From: a virus
DNA length: 64,000 bases
IMG/VR virus record: IMGVR_UViG_3300030118_004979
Span: 4,400-68,399 of that record
Reading direction: 5' to 3' (one strand)
Shown here: positions 8,988-18,200 of the stretch, piece after piece
Position numbering within the stretch: the first letter of the stretch is position 1
Layout of the letters: every line of letters begins with the position of its first letter
Notes under the pieces: model-generated
What the model saw: only the letters and a program-made list of their open reading frames with translations
Database searches by the model: none
What the model was told of the DNA's origin: nothing
Made by a program: the position numbers and the translations under genes

Positions 8988-9138
8988 TTCTATGAACTTT
9001 TTGTACATCAAAACTAGCGCTTAAACTAGCTCCTCTATGTGCTTTAAACTTACCAGTATGTTTCATTAGCTTATAAGTATTATTACCTTTTTTCATCCAA
9101 TGAAAACCTGCTGGTGCTTTTACTGTTTTTCTAGCCAT
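8971..9138 (-). CDS. small basic protein (55 aa, not in ORF track)
   Basis: MARKTVKAPAGFHWMKKGNNTYKLMKHTGKFKAHRGASLSASFDVQKVHRSAKKS; fills the gap exactly. Confidence 0.65.
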   Translation of the reverse strand: MARKTVKAPAGFHWMKKGNNTYKLMKHTGKFKAHRGASLSASFDVQKVHRSAKKS

Positions 9139-11473
9139 CGTTTTTAACTATCAATTTATTTATTACTTTATTGCCATATAAAATTATAATATTATACAAC
9201 CCATTATCAAAACTTGATAAATCTAATTGTACAACATCTTCAGCTTCTAAAAGCATTTTACCTTCTATATTATACAATATTATACTTACAAAGTTACTAA
9301 AATAAATTTTTTCACTTGTTGGATTAGGATATATATTAATTTCCATATCTCTTAAATTAAATTCTAAACCCTGTGGATATCCTTCTTCACAATAATTATA
9401 TGTAAGCTGACATATAGTATCCCATGCATTTTCACAACAATAATCATCTACATCTATAACCCAAGCATAACACGGATCATTTAACCAATAAGGACTGCCC
9501 GCACCAGTGATACAACCAGCACTATAAAGGCAGTTAAGACTGTCATTAACATTAGCTTCACTGTTGTAGTTATGTGCTGATTGGTCCATACATCCTTGTA
9601 CAATAGCCTCACATGAACCATTGTCAGTATTAGCTGTTGAATCATAATTAAAGGCAGTACTATCAGTGCAACCATAGATGTAAGGTATACAACTGAAATC
9701 TTCTGTATTTGCTTGTGGGTTGAAGTTGAGCATGCTAGGATCAGTGCAACCAAAGATAAAAGGCACGCAAGTATTATTATCTGCATTTGCTAAAGGATTA
9801 TAGTTAAACATTGTGCTATCTGTACATCCATAGACATAAGGCTCACAAGAACCATTGTCTGTGTTTGCTAGTGGATTGTAATTATACATGACAGGATCAG
9901 TACATCCATATATATAAGGTATACAAGTGTCTGGTGCAGTAGCAAGAGAATTATAATTATACATCAAAGGGTCCATACAACCATATACATATGGTATACA
10001 ACCTCCATTATCTACGTTAGCTAAAGAATTATAATTAGACATAGTGTCATCCATACACCCAAAAATAGCTAAAGTATTGCAACTGTCTTGTACATTAATA
10101 TCTGTATAGTATCCATTTGAAGTATCTACATGATATTCTAAATATGCTGGTGATATACATCCTGGATTATAGTAACATGTTGTTGATATGTTTGCGCTAT
10201 CTACATAATTATAAGCCAAACTATCTACACAACCATATACTTTTTCTATGCAATTATTACCACAATATGTTAAGCCTTCGTATAATTTAAATGGAACTAC
10301 AAAAGGTGGTCTAACACTAATAGCGGTATCACCTTCAGGACCAATTAAAGTAAAGCCACATTCTAATGCTGTATTTTGTGCTTGTTGACTTACAAATAGT
10401 TTTGCACTAACCTCTTCTATAGCATATAAATCTATAGTAAAATATTGATTAAAACCACTATTCATATAAAAAACTGATGTATCATCTTCTTGGTATATTT
10501 CTAAACGTGTACCAACCCAACCATTGCCCACTAAATCATGTAAAATTAAATCATACGTACATACATCTATATTCTCCATAGTATTAGCTAGACTATCATA
10601 ATTAAACATAGTGCTATCAATACATCCATAAATTTTTAAAACAGAACAACTACTATCATCAATAGTAGCTAATGGATTATACTCTACATAATCATCATCC
10701 ATACAACCTGGTACAGGCGGTGGCGGTAAACAAGTGTCAGATATAAAAATATGTGTGGTATCACTTCCAAAGTTTGGATCTGATCCATATATTATAGTGT
10801 CTCCACATTGCATTATATAATAAGAGCCGTCTTGACCACCCCAGTTGCTACCAGCTAAACCGTCTCCATAATCATCATATATAGTAAAACTAAATTCACC
10901 AACAGGTATACATACTGGTATAAATTGTGGTTGGTAATTAGGCGCATTTACATAAGGGCCATTTGCAAAAATTATATTTCCTAAACTATCCTTTATATCC
11001 CAACTGGTTTCATCACCAAACTGATCTAAATTTATATTAATTAATGTAGGCACACAATTAACATAAGATGGAGGAGGTGGTGGTTGAGGCAAACATTGTG
11101 GCACTGTTCTAGTAGAATACAAACCACTTTGAAATGTTACAGTAGGTTTATTTATTATTGTATCACCGCAAACAGATAAAAAATAACTACCATCCATACC
11201 ATCACCAAAAGTATCTCTAATCAAAAAAACAACAGTATTAATAGGTCCGTTTATAAAAAGAGTGTCTACGTAATTATGATAAGGTAATGTTAAATCACCT
11301 GGACTTATATAACCTATAGTATCACCATATAAACTATCTGCAAATAAACACCATGATGTTTCTGTAGGATATTGATCAGTTGTTAAACTTAACACTGCAG
11401 GTTTTTGTCCACAACATTTTTTTGTTGTAAAACAACTCTGTAAAATAAGTAGTATAAAAATAAATTTTTTCAT
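9131..11473 (-). CDS. secreted Cys-rich repeat protein with T9SS (Por) C-terminal sorting domain
   Basis: Signal peptide; two or three beta-sandwich units (ETSW..DxYGDG); ~11 GC(T/M)D..NY..AN.D..C repeats; C-terminus INIYPNPT..YNIEGK..LDLSSFDNGLYNI..KLIVKN. Confidence 0.8.
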   Translation of the reverse strand: MKKFIFILLILQSCFTTKKCCGQKPAVLSLTTDQYPTETSWCLFADSLYGDTIGYISPGDLTLPYHNYVDTLFINGPINTVVFLIRDTFGDGMDGSYFLSVCGDTIINKPTVTFQSGLYSTRTVPQCLPQPPPPPSYVNCVPTLININLDQFGDETSWDIKDSLGNIIFANGPYVNAPNYQPQFIPVCIPVGEFSFTIYDDYGDGLAGSNWGGQDGSYYIMQCGDTIIYGSDPNFGSDTTHIFISDTCLPPPPVPGCMDDDYVEYNPLATIDDSSCSVLKIYGCIDSTMFNYDSLANTMENIDVCTYDLILHDLVGNGWVGTRLEIYQEDDTSVFYMNSGFNQYFTIDLYAIEEVSAKLFVSQQAQNTALECGFTLIGPEGDTAISVRPPFVVPFKLYEGLTYCGNNCIEKVYGCVDSLAYNYVDSANISTTCYYNPGCISPAYLEYHVDTSNGYYTDINVQDSCNTLAIFGCMDDTMSNYNSLANVDNGGCIPYVYGCMDPLMYNYNSLATAPDTCIPYIYGCTDPVMYNYNPLANTDNGSCEPYVYGCTDSTMFNYNPLANADNNTCVPFIFGCTDPSMLNFNPQANTEDFSCIPYIYGCTDSTAFNYDSTANTDNGSCEAIVQGCMDQSAHNYNSEANVNDSLNCLYSAGCITGAGSPYWLNDPCYAWVIDVDDYCCENAWDTICQLTYNYCEEGYPQGLEFNLRDMEINIYPNPTSEKIYFSNFVSIILYNIEGKMLLEAEDVVQLDLSSFDNGLYNIIILYGNKVINKLIVKNDG
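9530..10712 (-). repeat. coding repeats of about 25-26 aa (GCxDxxxxNYxxxANxDxxxC)
   Basis: Seven near-tandem units at ~9530-10070, plus four upstream units partly separated by a spacer domain. Confidence 0.8.
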
Positions 11474-11811
11474 TAAAAATCTTCCATTAATAGTTCATCA
11501 ATTATATTTTGTATTTCTTTTTTTGTTGCCATTAATTTAAAACTTAAATCAGCCTGAAAACGTTTTACCTCTTCACCATCTTTAATTAATAAAATTGTTG
11601 GCACTACTGCTATTTTATATTTCTTTTGACAATCACCCTTACTAATATCCATGACTTCATGTTTAACATCATTAAGTTTATCAAACCATTTTACTTCATT
11701 AGCAGAGTTCCATGTGGCATTAAAATAAATCGCTGTGATCTGAGAAAAACAACATTCTGTATATACCGTACAAAAAAATAACGCTAATAATAATTTCAAA
11801 CATTTTTTCAT
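11473..11811 (-). CDS. exported thioredoxin-fold protein lacking CxxC (WNSAN)
   Basis: Signal peptide ending FS|Q; YFNATWNSAN aligns with FxATWCxxC; YKIAVVPTILLIKDGEEVKRF carries the cis-Pro loop. Confidence 0.7.
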   Translation of the reverse strand: MKKCLKLLLALFFCTVYTECCFSQITAIYFNATWNSANEVKWFDKLNDVKHEVMDISKGDCQKKYKIAVVPTILLIKDGEEVKRFQADLSFKLMATKKEIQNIIDELLMEDF

Positions 11812-12089
11812 CTTAGTTTATCTATTTTATCTTCCATTCTAATCATTCTTTCTTCAAGTTTTTTTACATTAGCTTCTGTATTTATTATTGACTGTCTTAT
11901 CATTTGATCTTTCATGTCAAACTCCATACGAGTTACCTCTGGTTCTGCCACAGGTAGTTCTTTAGCTTCAGCAATATCTGCTTGTAAAGTAAACCACATT
12001 CCTATTAAGGCTGATAAACCTGCACCTATTGCTATTAAAGTTTTTACACTAACTTTAAAACTTGTATCTTCATTTAATTCTTTAGCCAT
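11808..12089 (-). CDS. single-pass membrane protein with C-terminal coiled coil
   Basis: TM segment LIAIGAGLSALIGMWFTL, then heptads VKKLEERMIRMEDKIDKL. Confidence 0.65.
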   Translation of the reverse strand: MAKELNEDTSFKVSVKTLIAIGAGLSALIGMWFTLQADIAEAKELPVAEPEVTRMEFDMKDQMIRQSIINTEANVKKLEERMIRMEDKIDKLR

Positions 12090-12259
12090 TATATTTCTAT
12101 TCCAAAGTTAAACAACATTAATCTAAATCTTGAACATGTACCTCCAACACATGCACAATAGTGAATGTAGAATAAAGTCATTGTTCCTAACCTAAGTTCT
12201 ATTCTATATACTTCTTTTTTATTATTAGCTTTATAGCCATTTATCCAATTTACTTTCAT
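12089..12259 (-). CDS. small hypothetical protein (56 aa, not in ORF track)
   Basis: MKVNWINGYKANNKKEVYRIELRLGTMTLFYIHYCACVGGTCSRFRLMLFNFGIEI; TAATG coupling at both ends. Confidence 0.65.
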   Translation of the reverse strand: MKVNWINGYKANNKKEVYRIELRLGTMTLFYIHYCACVGGTCSRFRLMLFNFGIEI

Positions 12260-13287
12260 TATAATAATATATAATTTATACCAACTTTAAAATCATACCA
12301 CTCTCTATTCCAATACTTATTGTATTTACCCTCTGCAAACAAACCTAAATTTTTATTGTACTTATAACCAAATATCATACCGCCTGAATAATCTGTCCAT
12401 TGCCCATCTATATATTCATGATAGCTATATTCATTATTCATATTATAATGATATGGTAAAATATTTGCCCATGCATGCAACCAATACATTTTCGTGTAAT
12501 AGTAATAATCAAAACCTAATACCAATGAGTGATTCCATTTAGCAGATAATTCATTTCTCTTTTTCTCTACATAATCTCTTAATACAGTAGGTATAATTAC
12601 TTCTTTCCAAACATCAGAGGATGTTGCTACTATATTACCATCAGGATCTTTATATTCATTATTAAATACATCTATATTATAACCCTCTTGTATAGCTAAA
12701 TATGTATAATGAATATCTCCATTATCCAAAACCCATTCTTCTAAAGGATCATAACCATAAGGCTCTGCTATACGCTGTACAGCACCTATGTTGAAAGATA
12801 AATTATTATTATATTTATGTCTATATCTTTGAGATGCTTCGTAGTATTTTATGTCTGCAAAACCATCTTGTAAATATTCTATTTTAGTTAACCAGCTATT
12901 ATCAACATATCTAATAAAATAATGCTGATCTAAATAGTCATCTCCTTCTTGTCTTTTTTTATTAAACTCAAATAAAAATTCTAGCCCGCTAACTTTACCT
13001 AAAGTAGCAGCGTCTGACCATGATGTCTCAGTTCCATCGTAAAATGTTTGTGCTTTATTTTCATATCCAAACCTAGCTATTTTTCTAATACCTAAGCTTA
13101 AATTGTAATCAAAAGGAGTTTTTACAGTATTTGTTTGTAATCCATTCTGAATAGAATAAACATCTACATCTGATATAGAAGTTCCACCGTTAGCGGCAAC
13201 ATAAAATGTAGAAAATTTTAAATATTTATTTATTTGGGCATTAGTGCTAAGACTAAATAATAGTAATATGTATATAAACTTATTCAT
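12259..13287 (-). CDS. putative outer-membrane beta-barrel protein
   Basis: Signal peptide STNA|Q; Tyr/Trp-rich amphipathic strands; C-terminal strand YDFKVGINYILL. Confidence 0.65.
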   Translation of the reverse strand: MNKFIYILLLFSLSTNAQINKYLKFSTFYVAANGGTSISDVDVYSIQNGLQTNTVKTPFDYNLSLGIRKIARFGYENKAQTFYDGTETSWSDAATLGKVSGLEFLFEFNKKRQEGDDYLDQHYFIRYVDNSWLTKIEYLQDGFADIKYYEASQRYRHKYNNNLSFNIGAVQRIAEPYGYDPLEEWVLDNGDIHYTYLAIQEGYNIDVFNNEYKDPDGNIVATSSDVWKEVIIPTVLRDYVEKKRNELSAKWNHSLVLGFDYYYYTKMYWLHAWANILPYHYNMNNEYSYHEYIDGQWTDYSGGMIFGYKYNKNLGLFAEGKYNKYWNREWYDFKVGINYILL

Positions 13288-13564
13288 CCATTTGTAACCA
13301 TTCAGAACTTCTTAATACATTAAGTATTTCTTCATGATTGTATTTTGTTTTTCCACTAAAAAAATCTACATCATTTTCATTTTCATCTTTCCATATAGGA
13401 TCATTACCCTGATATTTAACAATTGCTTTATTTTTAGATACATTATATCTTAAAAAATCTTTACTTAAATTTAATAAATATCTGTTTCCATTTTCATCAA
13501 CTCCAAAATTCAAACTATCAATGTCTGATGACTCTACTATTACATATGTATAATTATTATACAT
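13280..13564 (-). CDS. hypothetical protein (often next to fibre/lectin genes)
   Basis: LRYNV...AIVKY...YNHEEILNVLRSSEW pattern. Confidence 0.55.
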   Translation of the reverse strand: MYNNYTYVIVESSDIDSLNFGVDENGNRYLLNLSKDFLRYNVSKNKAIVKYQGNDPIWKDENENDVDFFSGKTKYNHEEILNVLRSSEWLQMDE

Positions 13565-14856
13565 TATCTTAAACTTGTTGAAACTAAACTAGCATCAGCA
13601 ACTGCAAACGCTGCACCACCAGTATATTTTTTTAAACTTGCAGAATGAACTTCATAAAATCCACCTACGCTTAATGTAGTTAAAGGAAATATATGTATTC
13701 TTTGATCTGTGTTGTCTATACATTTAAATACATTTTCAACTATTGTAGGCACATTAGCTACTGTACTAGTAGTAGCTCCATGAGTTGTATTTGTAGTATC
13801 AACGGCAGAAGTTAATTTTTGCACAGCACATCTTACATTGCTACCATCTGATGTAAGTACAACAGCTCTAAATACATAAAAATCACCAATAGTTAAGTCA
13901 CTACTTACAGTATGATATATTCTTTGATGAAAACTTGATGTGCATTGTGTGTTGATAGTACACCTTACACCACCCCCATCTAAAGCTGTAAATGTTCTAA
14001 CACCAGAATCTCCACTATTTTTTTCTATTGTCCAATCATTAATACTAAAATTAGATCCTAATCTTGCACTATCTGAAGAAGTTCCGTGTGAACTTAAATC
14101 AGAGTTTTCTACTAGCTCTGATCCCAAGGCTGTATTTTTTAAATTAAAAATAACAGATGTTGAATCTTGTATACCATCTACTATACCTGTTCCAAATTTA
14201 TACCATGCTAATAAATTACCACTTGCAGATCCGTCATTATGATTAAAAGTTTTTCCACCATTATATATTTCTGTCATTTGATCATCTGTAAGAGCTGTAT
14301 TATAAATAGCCATATCACCAAGCTTTCCATGATGAGATGAAGCACCTGTTCCATTAGCTGCTCTTCCAAATTGAAGCCTATTAAATGTGCCTACTACCTC
14401 TTCATCTATTATTGTTATGGCACTTAGTGTAGCTGGATCAATTCTAGTTCCATTAAAAAATAAAGATAATTGAGGTGTTGCAGTATTGTATACCATGGCT
14501 AAATGATTAAAATCATCAGATTCTACTGCGTCTTTTGGTCTATCTAAAACAGTACTGACTGTTGTTCCTTCCGATTTGTATATAGCTCTAAAACGTTCAT
14601 CAGCTGTTATATATTGTAATTCTATTTTATTATTTCCATCAGTATCTTTACATGCGCTAAAAAATGCTTCATTACCATTACTTGTGTTTATCTTTACCCA
14701 AACACTAACAGAGCCTTGTTGAAATCCTATTAAAGATGCTAATGTAGAAGCGTCCACATAATCACCAGTTCCATCAAGTTCTAAAACTCTTTTTGTAGTG
14801 GTTGCAAATCTTTTTTTACTATTTGCTAAACTTAATGAACTAGCTACACCTAACAT
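13564..14856 (-). CDS. LamG/concanavalin-A-like lectin virion protein
   Basis: LELDGTGDYV, SVSVWVK, FNHLAMVY, GKLGDMAIYNTALTDDQMTEIYN, LLAWYKF; followed by a CBM-like domain. Confidence 0.8.
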   Translation of the reverse strand: MLGVASSLSLANSKKRFATTTKRVLELDGTGDYVDASTLASLIGFQQGSVSVWVKINTSNGNEAFFSACKDTDGNNKIELQYITADERFRAIYKSEGTTVSTVLDRPKDAVESDDFNHLAMVYNTATPQLSLFFNGTRIDPATLSAITIIDEEVVGTFNRLQFGRAANGTGASSHHGKLGDMAIYNTALTDDQMTEIYNGGKTFNHNDGSASGNLLAWYKFGTGIVDGIQDSTSVIFNLKNTALGSELVENSDLSSHGTSSDSARLGSNFSINDWTIEKNSGDSGVRTFTALDGGGVRCTINTQCTSSFHQRIYHTVSSDLTIGDFYVFRAVVLTSDGSNVRCAVQKLTSAVDTTNTTHGATTSTVANVPTIVENVFKCIDNTDQRIHIFPLTTLSVGGFYEVHSASLKKYTGGAAFAVADASLVSTSLR

Positions 14857-15263
14857 CAGTCACCAATATACGCTATAACTGCACCCGTGTTTATTGCTAT
14901 TCTTTTGTATCTTCCAACTATTGTTGTTCCTAAAGGAAATGTTTGTGCGTTTGTAAGCTCTTGACCTCCACCGCCAGACTCTAATGTTTCAGAACCCACT
15001 GCTATTGAATGTGATCCTCCATTTGCACCTCCTGAATATATATCAGCACCAGATGTACCTTCTGTAGTAACGTACTGCATATCGCCCTTATTTGTATCTG
15101 CTACTAAACCACCATGTGTATCAAAAGTAGTATTTTGATCTAATATAAGTATAGCTACAAATACTTTATTTAAAGGTGGTGTTATTACTCCAGAACTACC
15201 AGATGTAAAAACTGATCCTAATTGACCAAAGCTTTTATTATATAAATCATCTATATTTGCCAT
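14856..15263 (-). CDS. small virion structural protein
   Basis: FGQLGSVF...FPLGTTIVGRY..I...GAVIAY pattern; first gene after a promoter element. Confidence 0.55.
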   Translation of the reverse strand: MANIDDLYNKSFGQLGSVFTSGSSGVITPPLNKVFVAILILDQNTTFDTHGGLVADTNKGDMQYVTTEGTSGADIYSGGANGGSHSIAVGSETLESGGGGQELTNAQTFPLGTTIVGRYKRIAINTGAVIAYIGD

Positions 15264-15275
15264 AATTTTTTTTTA

Positions 15276-15283
15276 CAAAGTTA
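15276..15283 (-). promoter_or_regulatory. Bacteroidota -7 element TAACTTTG
   Basis: Intergenic, 12 nt upstream of the 15263 start. Confidence 0.65.
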
Positions 15284-15289
15284 ATAAAT

Positions 15290-18200
15290 TTATTCTTTTT
15301 CTAGAGACGTCACCTCACCAACATACTTAACTGCTTTTTTAGCAGTGCCTATACTAGAAGGTATAATAGTATAATTAACAAAACGTCCACTATCTGTTGT
15401 AACAAATATATCTTTTTCAAGTTTTTTAAGATACTTTAATGTTACTGTATCTGGCTCATCCTCATCATCTAGCATTGATATTAAAGCTATAATAACTGTT
15501 GCTATACCCAAGCCTCTTAAATGTGCTTTTATTTCTTCTTGTTTAGCAGGAGATAAAGATTTAAACTCATCATAAAATTGATTCATAGAAATTTCCCCTC
15601 TAAAGTATCTTCTAACAAACTGAGCTGCAAATCTAGTTGAAGCTTGATAGCTACCTATGTTTACTTCACCAAATCTATTTATTTCTTCACCACCAAATCT
15701 GTCATTAATTAATGTAATAAACCATTTTTTAAATTGTAAAATAGCTCTACCAAAAGAATACATAGATAATAAACTTGCATCTAAAGCTGTATATCCTTCA
15801 CCATGTAATGTAGCTATTTTATTATTAATATATCTAACCCTTTGTTCATCTATAATACCAGTGTTATATTCAGCATCTGTTAAAAAACCCAAGAAACTAG
15901 CCCCTTGTATATAGTGTTCTGTTTTATCCATAAAAATAAATGAAGCCTTTTCTATTTTACCCCATAAACCTTTTCTTTCAGATAAATGAACAAAATCATC
16001 AAAACTATGCTGAACTACTCTATATCTTTTTAATATATCTAACGCCTTGCCACGATCTTTAAAATATCTAATTTCACCTTTTACAAACTGACTTCCACCT
16101 CTTTTTCTTAACTCTTGATATTTACCTGCTAATAAATTACCAGCACCAATAGAAATATCAAAGCCTAATAATCTAAGAGAAGTAAGTTTGACAAAACCAT
16201 CTATTACTTTATCTCCTGTCTTACCTACAAAACTTTGTTGTTTACCTCTTCCTAAAAATCCTTCTTTCCACCAACCTGTTAAATATTTTACTGCATTAAC
16301 ATTATCTAAATTTTTATTGAATGCTATTGCCGCATCTGTTAGTATAGATAAATTATTCATACCACCAAATCTTTGTAAATCAGCTTCAGTGCCATCATAC
16401 TTTTTATCACCATTACTAAATAAAGATCCACGAACAAATTCTAATAAAGCTGTATTAATATCTAAAGTAGTTAGTTCAGACTTTATGCCTTTTCTTCTTT
16501 CATACTCCTGTATAATTTCTAAATCTAAATCTGTAGTGCCTTCTGGTTTTTCATCCATAAATCTTTTTAAAATAGCACCATGATTTATCAAAGTATCATA
16601 TTCTACATCTGATAATTGTATTAAACTACCATCTTCGTTTCTTCCTATTTTTTTAAACTTCTTAGCTTTTCTTCTTAGTTTTTCTAACTCATTTATTTTT
16701 CTACCAGTAGTTAAACTAATAGCTACTGTCCTGCCTTTATAAACTTCATTTTTCCACTCATAAAAAGTTTTTAATTTTTCTTTACCATCTAAATCTATAC
16801 CCTTTACTTTTACTCTATCATAATCAGAAGAATTAATAATCATATTATATAATCCAAACAAACCACTTTTATCATATGATTCTAATACACCCATTTGCAT
16901 ACCAGGCACATATGTTTCTAAAGACTTCATACCACTATCTCTTTGAGCGTCAAACATAATTTTAGTAATTGCTCTATATTCTAAATAATAATCTCTTTCT
17001 TCTTTTGTTAAATTATTTCTTTTTGTAGCATATTCTTGTTTAGATAATAATCTTATTTTACCATCTTCTTCTACTATAATATTTCCATATATCATTCTAT
17101 ATTTTTCGGATGGTCGTAGTGATGCTGACAGCCTTTCTAACACTGTTAGTCCCTTATTTTTAGATTTAACTAATGCATCATTTTTTTCTTTTATTCTTTT
17201 TCTATAAACATTAAAACGATTTATATAGTTTGTATATTCTATTTCTGCTTGATTAATTAATTCTTGTAGCTCTGGTCTATCACTAGTCATATTATTTGCA
17301 CCTAACCAAGTTCTAAAATTAGATATATCTTTTTGTTGCGCACCATCTTCTCCTGGTATTACATATTTAAAGTTTTGTTTTTTTGCAGACTCTTGTAAAA
17401 ACTTACTTTGTTTTTCAAACATTTTTTGTCCTATAGATTTTTCTATTAAATATGACATACCTTTTGTAGCTGTATTATCCATTTTTCTAAACTGATTAGC
17501 TAGATCTACTAAGTCTTTAATAGTATACGAACTTAAAGGTTTTCTTGATAAAGTGTTTTCAAACTTTTTTACTATATTAAAATCATTAAGATATGTAGAA
17601 TATCTAGTTTTAAGTATTTGATACGTTCTTGATTTTTTATCAATTACTTCACTTCTTATACCTTTATCAGCTAGCCACTGATTAAAAGTAAACTCTTTGT
17701 CCATATCGCCTAAATAATCTTTATTGAATGATGTGTTAGGGCCTACATATTTTTTTGCCTTTCTTTTTGGTCCTTTAAAAGCATCTTCTTCTATAACTAT
17801 AAATCTATCGTTTTCTGAACTCTTTTGTATTTCTTCTAATACTGAATATTTATCTTTTGGATTAACCACCATTTGTTCAGCCAACTCTAACTCTACTGTG
17901 CTACCTTCATCATACTCTCTATTTTGATCTTCTTGAATAATTCTTTCTATTTCGTTATTAATACTTTCCATATATTTTTGATCAAAGAAAGGTGTAAATG
18001 ATATAGCTTTCGGATAACCTGTAAATCCAAATTCATTAAACTCTGCTTCTAATTCAAAAATTAAATTCTTTTCTTGATCACTAAGTTTAGCAAAACTTTT
18101 TCTTATATCGTTAATAGTTTTATATGATGTAAGTTCATTAATCTCTACTGTATTGTATGTTAATGTTTTAGTGCCATCTTTCTTTTCTACAATTTCTAAT

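Noticed and set aside
9530-10712. ~75-80 nt periodic repeats as a CRISPR array
   Set aside because: They are degenerate, in-frame protein repeats with no constant repeat/unique spacer structure and no cas genes.
9131-13287. Host chromosomal DNA or assembly chimera
   Set aside because: Genes are on the same strand and stop/start-coupled to flanking phage genes on both sides. Read mapping is still needed to exclude this fully.
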